Source of the DNA: Thermoproteota archaeon
GTDB lineage: Archaea > Korarchaeota > Korarchaeia > Korarchaeales > JAOZGB01
Reading direction: 5' to 3'
DNA length: 64,000 nt
Assembly: GCA_037917685.1 (NCBI GenBank)
Contig: JAVCBU010000006.1
Coordinates: 96,001-160,000, forward strand
The translations under genes were made by a program, and so were the position numbers. Shown here piece after piece: positions 38,579-47,451 of the stretch. Numbering within the stretch: position 1 is the stretch's first letter; every line of letters starts with the position of its first letter. The notes beneath the pieces were generated by a model. It did not search any database and had not been told where the DNA came from. It saw only the letters and a program-made list of their open reading frames with translations.

Positions 38579-38828
38579 CTGTGATGGTAAGGGGTGCCTT
38601 GGGGTTTAGTTTCTCTCTTGTTTGGAATAGCGTTGTTGTATAGTATCTGTCAGCTCTGTCTGGGAATACTGTGACGATTTTTTTGAGCTTGTATTTTTCT
38701 GCTGTTTTTATGGCTGCATATAGGTTGGCGCCGGATGAGATGCCTACGAAGAACCCTTTCTTAGCGTTTTTGTATTTGAATAGGGCAATCGGGTGTTTCC
38801 AATAAGGCTTAAAATGTTAGAGGCAAAC
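38565..38828 (-). pseudogene. Internally deleted cysteine synthase (CysK/CysM-like) relic
   Basis: N-terminal SNILSLIGNT joined, after a frameshift and about 10 codons, to C-terminal GFFVGISSGANLYAA...IVTVFPDRADRYYTT. Confidence 0.8.
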
Positions 38829-38901
38829 TAAAACACCTTTGGACATATTTATACATCTCGCTCGGTATGTCATGTTTTGTTATTATTGTCAGCCATGTTT
38901 G

Positions 38902-39687
38902 TTATTGTTGGGAAGTTATGATTTTCTGTGTTCCAGTCTTTATTGTTCTTATGTAGACTTCTATGCTTGTTGTCCTTGAGGCTTTTCTTCCTGCCTTTAA
39001 TACTTTTTGTGTTGGTGTTGCCTTTTTAGATCTATATACTGGGTCTCTTACATTCTGGTAGGGGATGAATTGTTGAACTATGTATACTGTCCTTCCTTTT
39101 CTGTTTGCCGCGTACTCTGCTACTGTCTTTGATATCTCTATTATGTCTTCCTCTTCTATTATGCCTGGCACCATTGTTGTTCTGAACTCGAGGAATGGGG
39201 TGTCTAGGGCTGCTTTTATGCCTTCCTTGATTCTTTCCAGGATTTCTGCTGTTTTCTTTTCTGGGAGGCCTATTGCCAAGGCATACTTGCTTATATTGTT
39301 CAGGGGGGCTTTAATGTCTATTGCTACGTGGTCTACATGTGGTTTGAGTTTTTCTATGGCTTCAGGGATTGATGCGTTGGTGTCATAGCTTGTTTTCAGG
39401 CTTGTTTCAGTCTTTACCATTTGAAAAAGTGTAGTTAGTGCTTTATGTTGGAGTGTCGGCTCTCCTCCTGTTATGTGTAGGTAGTCTAATAGTTTTTGTG
39501 ATTCTTTTAGTAGTTCTAATGTTTCCTCTATTGTTATTTGCTTGGTGTTTTTACCTTCTACTACTGGGGTGTTTGAGCACCAGGGGCATTTGAAGTTACA
39601 TCCCGTGGTCCATATGGTGAATGAGGGGTGCTCTAATACGTCTACTAGGCTTAGGGTTTTGTATCCAGCTATTTTTATGGTTGGCAT
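38902..39687 (-). CDS. nrdG: Anaerobic ribonucleotide reductase activating enzyme (radical SAM)
   Basis: GCNFKCPWCSN, ITGGEPTL, EFRTT; follows nrdD. Confidence 0.92.
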   Translation of the reverse strand: MPTIKIAGYKTLSLVDVLEHPSFTIWTTGCNFKCPWCSNTPVVEGKNTKQITIEETLELLKESQKLLDYLHITGGEPTLQHKALTTLFQMVKTETSLKTSYDTNASIPEAIEKLKPHVDHVAIDIKAPLNNISKYALAIGLPEKKTAEILERIKEGIKAALDTPFLEFRTTMVPGIIEEEDIIEISKTVAEYAANRKGRTVYIVQQFIPYQNVRDPVYRSKKATPTQKVLKAGRKASRTTSIEVYIRTIKTGTQKIITSQQ

Positions 39688-39688
39688 T

Positions 39689-41620
39689 TTAGAGTTTGTA
39701 TTTCATTGCTTTGATTGTTTCATGGGTTCCTTCACCGTACTGTACTCTTATGTTGAACTCAGCCTTCTTGCCTATGTTCCATGTTCGTACTGGCCTGTAG
39801 TATCCTACTATTCTACTCCACCAGTCAACCTGGGCGTTGCATTTGGGGCATTGGTCGTATATGCCTACGGCGTTCCATCCGCATTTTCGGCATACGCTCA
39901 TTGTGGGGGTTATGCTTAGATAGACTATTCTGGTATTCGTTAGTATGTTTTTGATCATTCTTTTTAGGGCTTTGGGGTCTGGGGATTCGTAGAGGAAGAG
40001 GTGCATCATTACGCCGCCTGTGAATTCCTGTTGTACTTCTCCCTCCCATTCTGCTCTTAGAGCTATTGGTACGTCGGCGTAGTAGGGTACTACGCTGTTG
40101 CTGTAGAATGGTGCGCCTCCTTCTGTTGGTATGAAGGCGTCTCCAGATTCTAATAGGTGTCTCATTCTTTTCATGTCTAGTTTTGCTAGTCTGTATGCTA
40201 CACTCTCAGCGGGGATTTCCTCAACGTTGTATAGGTAGCTGTCTGTTTTTTCAAATTCCTCTGTTTTTTCCCTTATCGCTTTTACTATTTCTTTTTCTAT
40301 CTTTATTGCTTCAGCCATTTCCTTCTTGGATCCTTCCCTCCAGACGTTGTATCCCATGAGGTTTGCTGCTGCTTCTGGTAGTCCAACTATGCCTATGGTG
40401 CTGTAGTGGTTTGCTAGGTGTTGTAGGTAGAGGTTTGTCATTGGCATTAGTCCTATTTTAAGGTTTCTTTCATAGGTTGTTCTCCATATGGATAGTATTT
40501 TTCTTCCTTGTTCCATTTTCTCGTATACTTGTGAGATGAATATTTCCCAGTTTCCAGCTGATCTCGCCGCTATTCTTGGGAGGTTTAGTGTTATAACTCC
40601 GATGCTTCCTGTAGCGTCTGGTATGGCCCACATGCCTCTTAGCCCATCTGGCTTTACCTGTGGGTTTACGGCGAGTTTTAAGCTGTTGTTCATGTTTACC
40701 TTGGACATGTCTAGGGTGAGGCGGCAGCACATGGAGTATATGGCTGATACATCGGTTGTGTATCCGTTCAGGATGTAGAAGGTGCCTCTTTTTGCTAGTG
40801 CTTCGAATATGGTGTCTGTTAGGTCTCCCCATCTTCTACCGTTCCAATCGAACCTGTCTGTGACTGTTAGGGTTGGTATTGGGAAGGTGAAGGGCTGGTT
40901 TCTTGAGTCTCCTTCTATGTATAATTCGGTTAAGGCTTTATTTACCAGGATTATTTCATCTATGTAGTCTTGGAATTGTCCTACTATTTTTCCTCCATGT
41001 ATTGCTTCTCCCTCGAGAGCTCCTGGTATCATGTCTATCATTAGGGTTATGTTTGTGAATGGTGACTGGTAGCCCATTCTTGAGGGGTAGTTCAGCTCGA
41101 ATAACATTCCCTGCAGGATTTGTTTGACCTGTTTTAGGTTTAGCCTGTCGTAGTGGATGAATGGGGATAGGTTGAGGTCGAATGCTGAGACTGCTGTTGC
41201 CCCTGACCATTCCTGGGCTACTATAAAGAAGAAGTTTACAAGATGATATACTGCTGTATCTAGGTGTTTCGCTGGTTTCGATATGACTGTAGGTGTTTTC
41301 AACCCGTTTAATAGTATTTTCTGATAGTTAAATCCGGTACAGTATGGTATGTGAAGACTATGTGGCAACTTATGTATGTGAATCTCGCCTTTGAGATGCT
41401 CCTCTACGAGCTTCTCCGGGAGGTATTCTGACAGAATATCCTTTCTTTTTATTATTTTATCTAGGTAGAAACTTAGAAAATTAGCATACGCCCTACTTTC
41501 ATTTGCATTTTCTCTAACCTCCCAGTCAAGCTCCCCTATATAGTCTTTAAGGGCTTGTTTGAGGCTCAACGCCGGAATAATTTCTGCTTCGGTTATTTCA
41601 GTAATTTTTTTATCTGTCAA
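39689..41620 (-). CDS. nrdD: Class III (anaerobic) ribonucleoside-triphosphate reductase
   Basis: QSPFTNITL, PFTFPIPT, SMCCRL, EEIPAES, two CxxC, glycyl-radical SRIVGYYRPV. Confidence 0.95.
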   Translation of the reverse strand: MTDKKITEITEAEIIPALSLKQALKDYIGELDWEVRENANESRAYANFLSFYLDKIIKRKDILSEYLPEKLVEEHLKGEIHIHKLPHSLHIPYCTGFNYQKILLNGLKTPTVISKPAKHLDTAVYHLVNFFFIVAQEWSGATAVSAFDLNLSPFIHYDRLNLKQVKQILQGMLFELNYPSRMGYQSPFTNITLMIDMIPGALEGEAIHGGKIVGQFQDYIDEIILVNKALTELYIEGDSRNQPFTFPIPTLTVTDRFDWNGRRWGDLTDTIFEALAKRGTFYILNGYTTDVSAIYSMCCRLTLDMSKVNMNNSLKLAVNPQVKPDGLRGMWAIPDATGSIGVITLNLPRIAARSAGNWEIFISQVYEKMEQGRKILSIWRTTYERNLKIGLMPMTNLYLQHLANHYSTIGIVGLPEAAANLMGYNVWREGSKKEMAEAIKIEKEIVKAIREKTEEFEKTDSYLYNVEEIPAESVAYRLAKLDMKRMRHLLESGDAFIPTEGGAPFYSNSVVPYYADVPIALRAEWEGEVQQEFTGGVMMHLFLYESPDPKALKRMIKNILTNTRIVYLSITPTMSVCRKCGWNAVGIYDQCPKCNAQVDWWSRIVGYYRPVRTWNIGKKAEFNIRVQYGEGTHETIKAMKYKL

Positions 41621-41677
41621 GTCTAATCGTGGTATTTAACCATTGATTATTTATTTTTTTTATTAAATTCATCTATT

Positions 41678-43003
41678 CTAACTATTTTTATTAAGTGTGT
41701 ATAATGCTATGATAGCATCCGCAAGATCTCTTGTAGTTTTGAAGACTGGATACCCTTTCTTTTCCAGTTTTTCTCTTGCTTCCTGTGTGTTTTCACCTTC
41801 AACGAGGCATAATAATGGATTCTGTGGGTTGGCGTCTATTACTGCCTTTACAAATTCTGTTGCAGGTTTGAATTTGGGTGGGATGCAGATTGCTGCTATA
41901 AGGTTGTTGTTTTCATCAACTGTTTTGATGGCTTTTAGGTATTCTTTGTATCCTGCTGTTGCTGTGAGATCTATCGGGTTCTTGGCGGTGCTTATTCCTG
42001 TTATGGGTTTTAATGCTTCCCTTAGGTGGGGTGGTGTTTCTTTTATCTTTATGTTTGCTTCTTCTAGAAGATCTGTTAGTATTACTGAGGGGCCGCCGGA
42101 ATTTGTTATTATGATGATGTCCTTGAATTTTTTCTTTTGTTTTGTTATTGCTTTGATTATGTTTATCATTTCTTTTTCATGTTTTGCTATTATGGCCTTT
42201 GCCTGTTTCATTGCTGAAATGGCTATTTTGTGGCTTGTTGTCAGGCTGGCTGTATGAGAGATGGCTGCTTGCATTCCCGCTTCTGTTCTTCCAGCTTTCA
42301 GTATTATTACGGGTTTTTTCTTGGTGGCTTTTTTTGTCTCGACGAAAAGTTTTCTGGCGTTTTTAAAACCTTCTATGTATAGGGCTATTGCTTCTACGTT
42401 TTTATCCTCTACTAGGTGTGGTATGAAGTCTTCGGGTGCTAGGTCTGCCATGTTTCCAATGGATATGAAGTGGGATAATCCTATTTTTTCCCTGTGTAGT
42501 ATGGGTAGAACTGCCCCTCCTAGGGCTCCGCTTTGTGTGATGAATGCTATGTTCCCTTTGTGTATTTTTGGTTCGAAGGATGCGTGTAGGTCCACTGGTT
42601 TTGATATTATGCCTGCGCAGTTTGGTCCTAGTATTCTGATGTTTCCTTCTCTTGCTGTTTTTACAAGTTGTTGTTCTAGGTTTTTATTTCCAGCTTCTGA
42701 GAATCCGGATGAGATTACTACGGCTGTTTTAAGCTTTCCAACTGCTTCTTTAATGATGCTTAGCGTGTATTTTGCTGGTATGGATATTATTGCTAGGTCT
42801 ATCTTCATTGGGATCTCTTTTATGTTTTTGTAGCATTTAAGTCCGAGGATGCTGGAATATTTTGGGTTGACGGGGTATATTTCTCCTTTGTATCCGTTTT
42901 CTATTATACTTTTAACGAGCTGGTGTCCTATGCTTCCCTCCTTTGCTGAGGCACCTATGATAGCTATGTTTTTAGGGTAAAGTAGTGACTTGTACCAGCT
43001 CAT
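41678..43003 (-). CDS. acdA: ADP-forming acyl-CoA synthetase, alpha subunit
   Basis: IAIIGAS, RILGPNCAG, TQSGA, SIGNMAD, phospho-His AISHTASL, TNSGG. Confidence 0.88.
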   Translation of the reverse strand: MSWYKSLLYPKNIAIIGASAKEGSIGHQLVKSIIENGYKGEIYPVNPKYSSILGLKCYKNIKEIPMKIDLAIISIPAKYTLSIIKEAVGKLKTAVVISSGFSEAGNKNLEQQLVKTAREGNIRILGPNCAGIISKPVDLHASFEPKIHKGNIAFITQSGALGGAVLPILHREKIGLSHFISIGNMADLAPEDFIPHLVEDKNVEAIALYIEGFKNARKLFVETKKATKKKPVIILKAGRTEAGMQAAISHTASLTTSHKIAISAMKQAKAIIAKHEKEMINIIKAITKQKKKFKDIIIITNSGGPSVILTDLLEEANIKIKETPPHLREALKPITGISTAKNPIDLTATAGYKEYLKAIKTVDENNNLIAAICIPPKFKPATEFVKAVIDANPQNPLLCLVEGENTQEAREKLEKKGYPVFKTTRDLADAIIALYTLNKNS

Positions 43004-43398
43004 TTTTGTGCGACCAACGCTCTCAATATATCTCTGTCAGAGATTATTCCTACAATTCTATCTTGTTCGGTGATGGGTAGGTGTCTTATCTTTTTTTCTA
43101 CCATTATTTTGGCTGCCTCTTTGACTGGTGTTTCTGGGCTTATTGTGATTACATTTTTGGTCATTATTGTCGATACCTTGGTGTTTACTTTTCCAGTGCT
43201 CAAGGCCTTTCTTATTATGTCTGTTGTGGTTATTATTCCAATTATTTTGCCCTTGTCAATTACGAGTAGGCTTTTTATTCCTTTTTCTCGCATTTTCCTT
43301 GCTGCATCGGATATATTTTCATCTTTTTCTATTGTTTCAACGGTCTGGGTCATTACCTCTTTAACCTTCATTATAGATATGGAGGCCTCTGGTTCCAT
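43000..43398 (-). CDS. CBS-domain pair protein
   Basis: Two CBS repeats (KVKEVMT...GIITTTD; IRHLPI..GIISDRD). Confidence 0.93.
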   Translation of the reverse strand: MEPEASISIMKVKEVMTQTVETIEKDENISDAARKMREKGIKSLLVIDKGKIIGIITTTDIIRKALSTGKVNTKVSTIMTKNVITISPETPVKEAAKIMVEKKIRHLPITEQDRIVGIISDRDILRALVAQK

Positions 43399-43404
43399 TA
43401 ATAT

Positions 43405-44382
43405 TTATCCTATAACATGGGAGAAGGTTAATACACATATTTTTGTTTTTTCCTGTATCCGATGGTCCACGGTCTTGAGTCGTGACTTTTGCTTCTCTAT
43501 GTGCAATGTTCCTATCCATGTGACTCTTCTAAGGCCGTTATGGTATATTAATGCGTCGCTTTTAATGTCTGTTACGTAAATTTTCGCGTTAACCTCCACT
43601 TTACAGGTAAACTGGTATGTATAGGTGGTTCCTTCATTGTCGTGGTGTGTAAAGCGTAATTTTACCTTTGATACCACTTTAACGGTAGCTATTACTTGTA
43701 GCCTTAATTCTCCATACCCGGCTAACAGTGGCTTGATTTCCTCTTGGAGTGCCTGAATTATTTCATATTTGATTCTTAGGGCTTCTGGACACGGCTTGGC
43801 TTCTGAACTGCTTACAGATACACTTTTTTCAATCGTGTTTTGGGTTTCTGTCCCTATGTCATAGAGTAGATATATTCTGACTGGATGTGCGGCGTTTAGA
43901 TTCGTTTTTCCATTGAGGGTGACGTTGCTGTATAAGTCTTTCATACTGTATGATATAAAGCCCCATATACCAATACACCCGTACCTTGGTTTCTTGCATA
44001 ATATTGTTCTACATTGGTTTATATTCGCCCCATAAAGATATTTTCCTACAAGGATGTTAGCTGTCAGTTCAGAGTTTATTCCCTTTTCCTCTAATTCCTC
44101 CATCTCCAATGTTACATATTCGGTGTGTGTGGGGGGTTTTAGGGATAGGTATGGGTTTAGACCGTTTGTTGCTATTTGATACACCTTCTCGTCCAAATAC
44201 GATCTTACGTATATTAGACAGTCTGATTCTATGAGCTGAGACTCAGTATAGGTTTTTATGATTCCTTGAAGTCTTCTCGCTCTGTTTCCATAGTAGTCTG
44301 AGTATTGAGGAGTCCATATTACCATGCTAATGGCAATCACTAAAATTGATAGTGTATATAGAAATGCTCTTAACCTCATCAA
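43405..44382 (-). CDS. Putative large pilin/adhesin of the T4P-like locus
   Basis: MMRLRA-FLYTLSILVIAISMV fits a class III signal peptide; Cys-containing beta-rich extracellular part. Confidence 0.55.
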   Translation of the reverse strand: MMRLRAFLYTLSILVIAISMVIWTPQYSDYYGNRARRLQGIIKTYTESQLIESDCLIYVRSYLDEKVYQIATNGLNPYLSLKPPTHTEYVTLEMEELEEKGINSELTANILVGKYLYGANINQCRTILCKKPRYGCIGIWGFISYSMKDLYSNVTLNGKTNLNAAHPVRIYLLYDIGTETQNTIEKSVSVSSSEAKPCPEALRIKYEIIQALQEEIKPLLAGYGELRLQVIATVKVVSKVKLRFTHHDNEGTTYTYQFTCKVEVNAKIYVTDIKSDALIYHNGLRRVTWIGTLHIEKQKSRLKTVDHRIQEKTKICVLTFSHVIG

Positions 44383-44759
44383 GGCCCCCTAGCTATTTTG
44401 ATAGTTAGTTTATGGTTGTAGGCGTGTACTATATTGTAGTATTCCGCTCTAATATTGCCTACGAGTCCGGCTGACCACCTATCCACCGTGACCCTACATC
44501 TTCCCTCTCCATCGATTAGTATTAGGATTTCTTTTGCTATCTTTCCCCCCTGTTCTGGGCTGGAAAGTATTTTCCAATATGCTCTAAGTAGCTCCCCATT
44601 TTTAGCTATCATTGTTAGGTTGTTGCAGACCTCTGCATATTTTATTGTTACTAGCTCATCGAAGCTTGTGAGTTCAGGTAGCATTAGTGAGATTACTATT
44701 ATAGATATCATGGAAGCCATTATAGTGTCAATGGATACTATGGATACTGCTTTAACCAT
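44379..44759 (-). CDS. Putative pilin-like protein
   Basis: MVKA-VSIVSIDTIMASMISIIVISL, class III-like N-terminus. Confidence 0.55.
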   Translation of the reverse strand: MVKAVSIVSIDTIMASMISIIVISLMLPELTSFDELVTIKYAEVCNNLTMIAKNGELLRAYWKILSSPEQGGKIAKEILILIDGEGRCRVTVDRWSAGLVGNIRAEYYNIVHAYNHKLTIKIARGP

Positions 44760-44901
44760 TCATTTCACCTATTATCTTCACTATTTCTGTGATGTTGAAT
44801 ATGTGCCTGTGAACTTTCAGATTAGCGTCTATTATTAGTAGAAGTAAGACCGCTGTAAGAACTATGGTGAAGCATATTATAGTTTCAATGAGATCTTCCA
44901 A
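44752..44901 (-). CDS. 49-aa single-TM pilin-like protein (not in the ORF track)
   Basis: TTG start; MEDLIETIICFTIVLTAVLLLIIDANLKVHRHIFNITEIVKIIGEMNG*; overlaps both neighbours and fills the operon gap. Confidence 0.6.
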   Translation of the reverse strand: MEDLIETIICFTIVLTAVLLLLIIDANLKVHRHIFNITEIVKIIGEMNG

Positions 44902-45301
44902 TTTTTACACCTTCGTCTGACTTGTAGATCATTATAGTGTCTCCGGCTGTTGTTTCTATCTCGTATTCTATGCTGATTGGGAGAGACATGGTTTCGTTAT
45001 ACCAGCTGATCCTAACGTGAAGGTTTTCCCATTTGACTAAAGTTTTAGACTTAACTTCGATTTTTCCATTTGAAAAAGATAGAATGTAGTCTATACCTAG
45101 CTCAGGGAGGGTTATGGGTACCTGAGTATTCGTCTTCTTAACTAGTTTAACTACAACATCTATCTCCTCTAGTAGTTCTTTAAGAGCTTCTCTACCTTTG
45201 TACATGGAGATTACGCTTCGTGTATAAATCGTTACTGATATCAAGAGGATGCCTGTTACTATATATGATGTTAAAGAGAGTGCCTTTGAGATCTCAGCCA
45301 T
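44885..45301 (-). CDS. Putative pilin-like protein
   Basis: MAEISKA-LSLTSYIVTGILLISV, class III-like cleavage site plus hydrophobic helix. Confidence 0.6.
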   Translation of the reverse strand: MAEISKALSLTSYIVTGILLISVTIYTRSVISMYKGREALKELLEEIDVVVKLVKKTNTQVPITLPELGIDYILSFSNGKIEVKSKTLVKWENLHVRISWYNETMSLPISIEYEIETTAGDTIMIYKSDEGVKIGRSH

Positions 45302-45695
45302 TCTCAGGTTCCACCTCTACCACTATAGTGTTGTTATATCTGAAAGTTCGCAGTGTGTAGTAGCCCTCCTGTATCATGTCTCTTGTTAAAACAATCTCTA
45401 AGGGGTATATGTAGCTTATATTTAGGCTTCTATGGTACATAGTGACTAAACAGGCAAAATTTTCTTTTCTTATTGTGATATTAACTCCGGGAGAATAGAT
45501 CTTTTTGAATGTCGAGCCGCCGTTCATAACTGTGCAAATGGAACTATCTATTTCAGAGGCGAACTTGTACAGCCTCTTTTTATGCAAACCAGTGTCTACT
45601 GTCAATAGGAGTTCTCTTAACGGCTTCGATAGCATGAATCCCGTTACAACGATGCTTATGGTTAAAGTAATAGCTGATGCTACAACGTTATCCAT
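45294..45695 (-). CDS. Putative pilin-like protein
   Basis: N-terminal hydrophobic helix, amphipathic helix, then beta strands; coupled to its neighbours. Confidence 0.5.
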   Translation of the reverse strand: MDNVVASAITLTISIVVTGFMLSKPLRELLLTVDTGLHKKRLYKFASEIDSSICTVMNGGSTFKKIYSPGVNITIRKENFACLVTMYHRSLNISYIYPLEIVLTRDMIQEGYYTLRTFRYNNTIVVEVEPENG

Positions 45696-46108
45696 TCGTT
45701 CACCCTCAAAAATATTGTTACTAACATGAGGATAGGTATTGCCGGTATCTCTTCACTATTTTTTGTCTTTTTCATTCTGTTTTTAATTTGGATTGATAGG
45801 AGTATTAAAGAGGCTCCCCATAAATAGTAAAGGAGAATCCTGACAGAATAAGTAGGGTAAGTCACGAGAGTGGAAAGTATAGCTATAGAATCTCCAAAAC
45901 CATGGCCTGTCAAGGATAACGATAAACTGGCTATCACGAAGATTAGCAGGATTAAGATCATATCTCCCTTGTAAAGGCTATGGACATACGTCGATGTAAC
46001 AATAGTAGCCAAAAGGGCTGTAATAGATATTTGTGAAAGTTCTCTATATCTTAAATCTTCCATAGTTGCAAATAGAATCGAGAAGGACCATATTATGTCT
46101 GTTATCAT
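45680..46108 (-). CDS. Prepilin peptidase (A24 family, short form)
   Basis: ATMEDLRYRE and GFGD aspartate motifs, EIPAIP; real start ATG 46108. Confidence 0.75.
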   Translation of the reverse strand: MITDIIWSFSILFATMEDLRYRELSQISITALLATIVTSTYVHSLYKGDMILILLIFVIASLSLSLTGHGFGDSIAILSTLVTYPTYSVRILLYYLWGASLILLSIQIKNRMKKTKNSEEIPAIPILMLVTIFLRVNEWITL

Positions 46109-47451
46109 ATTATCGCACCCCAAATTAGCTTGTAGAATAATAGAAAGACTATGATTGGAGGGATGATCCATATGGTTTTGTCTTGGGTGGAACGTACAAG
46201 AGCTATTGATGTTGCGAGCAGCGATAACGCTGGAAGAATGTTTAGGTTTGGTGTATTGCCTACTATTTGTCCTATAATATTTGGCATTTTCATAAGTCCC
46301 GATCCTATTATAGCGTAACAAAGCATTGCGATTCTTGTTGTGAATCTTTGGGATGAGATTTTATTTTCTATATCTTTGAGTATTGATGATTGGATGGCCA
46401 CTGTGTTAGCAATCCTATTTATTATAAACACTAATCTTGAGCTGTATATATTATCGAAAATTATTTTGATAGCTACACCAATTATATAATTCCTGCCTGT
46501 TATCTCCTTTACTGCATCGTTCCACGTGTAGCTGTTGTATAAAGTTTTTAGGATTACCTTGTAAATTTCATCCATTTTAGTCTCTTTAGCCGATACAATT
46601 ATAGCTTTTAAGGGTGGGAGATCACATTTTAGATTTTTTTCGAGAGCCCATAAGAATTCTAACGACCTTAATGTTGATTTGTAGCTTCCTTTCTCTAATA
46701 GTGGTGTTGTATACTGTATTAGGACTTTAGATATTAAAGGTATGGATGTGAGATAGAGGATGAACAGGTATAGAGTTAGGGTAAGGGGTAACGTGCCTAT
46801 TGAACTGATCAGTAAAAGTCCTGCTGGTAATAGGAAATTGAATGTTACAAAGACTAGGAGCCTACTGTTAACCTGGTTTAGATATTTATATACCGGTGTT
46901 AGCAACTCCCTTCGAGCTACTTCTTCGACATTTATTTCCTTATCCGGATTTCCTAGCAACATTGTTGTTGCTTGAGATAAACTATGGAACCCTCTTTCTT
47001 CGAGGCGTTTGATAAAAGATTTTTTAACGGGTTCTCCTGATATTTTTCCATCTCTGTATGACTCCAGCGCAATTTTACATATAGGTTCTATTTGAGAATG
47101 AGCTAATAACAAGATAGCGTACGCCTCGTTGAATGTAGCACCTAGAAGTAGGTATATTAGTCCAAGATATGATCTTTCTAGGTTAGTTGTATTTAATTTC
47201 TGCCTTGTATACGCTTTACTTACTATTTTGTGGGTTATAACAATCCATGTAACCAACGTGGTTCCATACACTGCGAGTTTAACATCATATAAGGCAGAAA
47301 AACCCAGGATGGAGAAACCTACGATTTCTACTATTATGCGATGACGCTGTAGGGATGTTTTAGCTAAATGTATAGTGTGAGATGTAAATGATTTAAAACG
47401 ATAGAGCATATGTAGTCTACTTGAAAAGCTGTATTTTTTAGAAAATCCCAT
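46105..47451 (-). CDS. TadC/FlaJ-like membrane platform protein
   Basis: Multi-TM protein with two helical cytoplasmic domains, directly after the secretion ATPase. Confidence 0.65.
   Translation of the reverse strand: MGFSKKYSFSSRLHMLYRFKSFTSHTIHLAKTSLQRHRIIVEIVGFSILGFSALYDVKLAVYGTTLVTWIVITHKIVSKAYTRQKLNTTNLERSYLGLIYLLLGATFNEAYAILLLAHSQIEPICKIALESYRDGKISGEPVKKSFIKRLEERGFHSLSQATTMLLGNPDKEINVEEVARRELLTPVYKYLNQVNSRLLVFVTFNFLLPAGLLLISSIGTLPLTLTLYLFILYLTSIPLISKVLIQYTTPLLEKGSYKSTLRSLEFLWALEKNLKCDLPPLKAIIVSAKETKMDEIYKVILKTLYNSYTWNDAVKEITGRNYIIGVAIKIIFDNIYSSRLVFIINRIANTVAIQSSILKDIENKISSQRFTTRIAMLCYAIIGSGLMKMPNIIGQIVGNTPNLNILPALSLLATSIALVRSTQDKTIWIIPPIIVFLLFYKLIWGAII

Noticed and set aside
46109-46321. 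Long N-terminal extension of the prepilin peptidase
   Set aside because: It overlaps the TadC-like gene in another frame; ATG 46108 couples to that gene's stop
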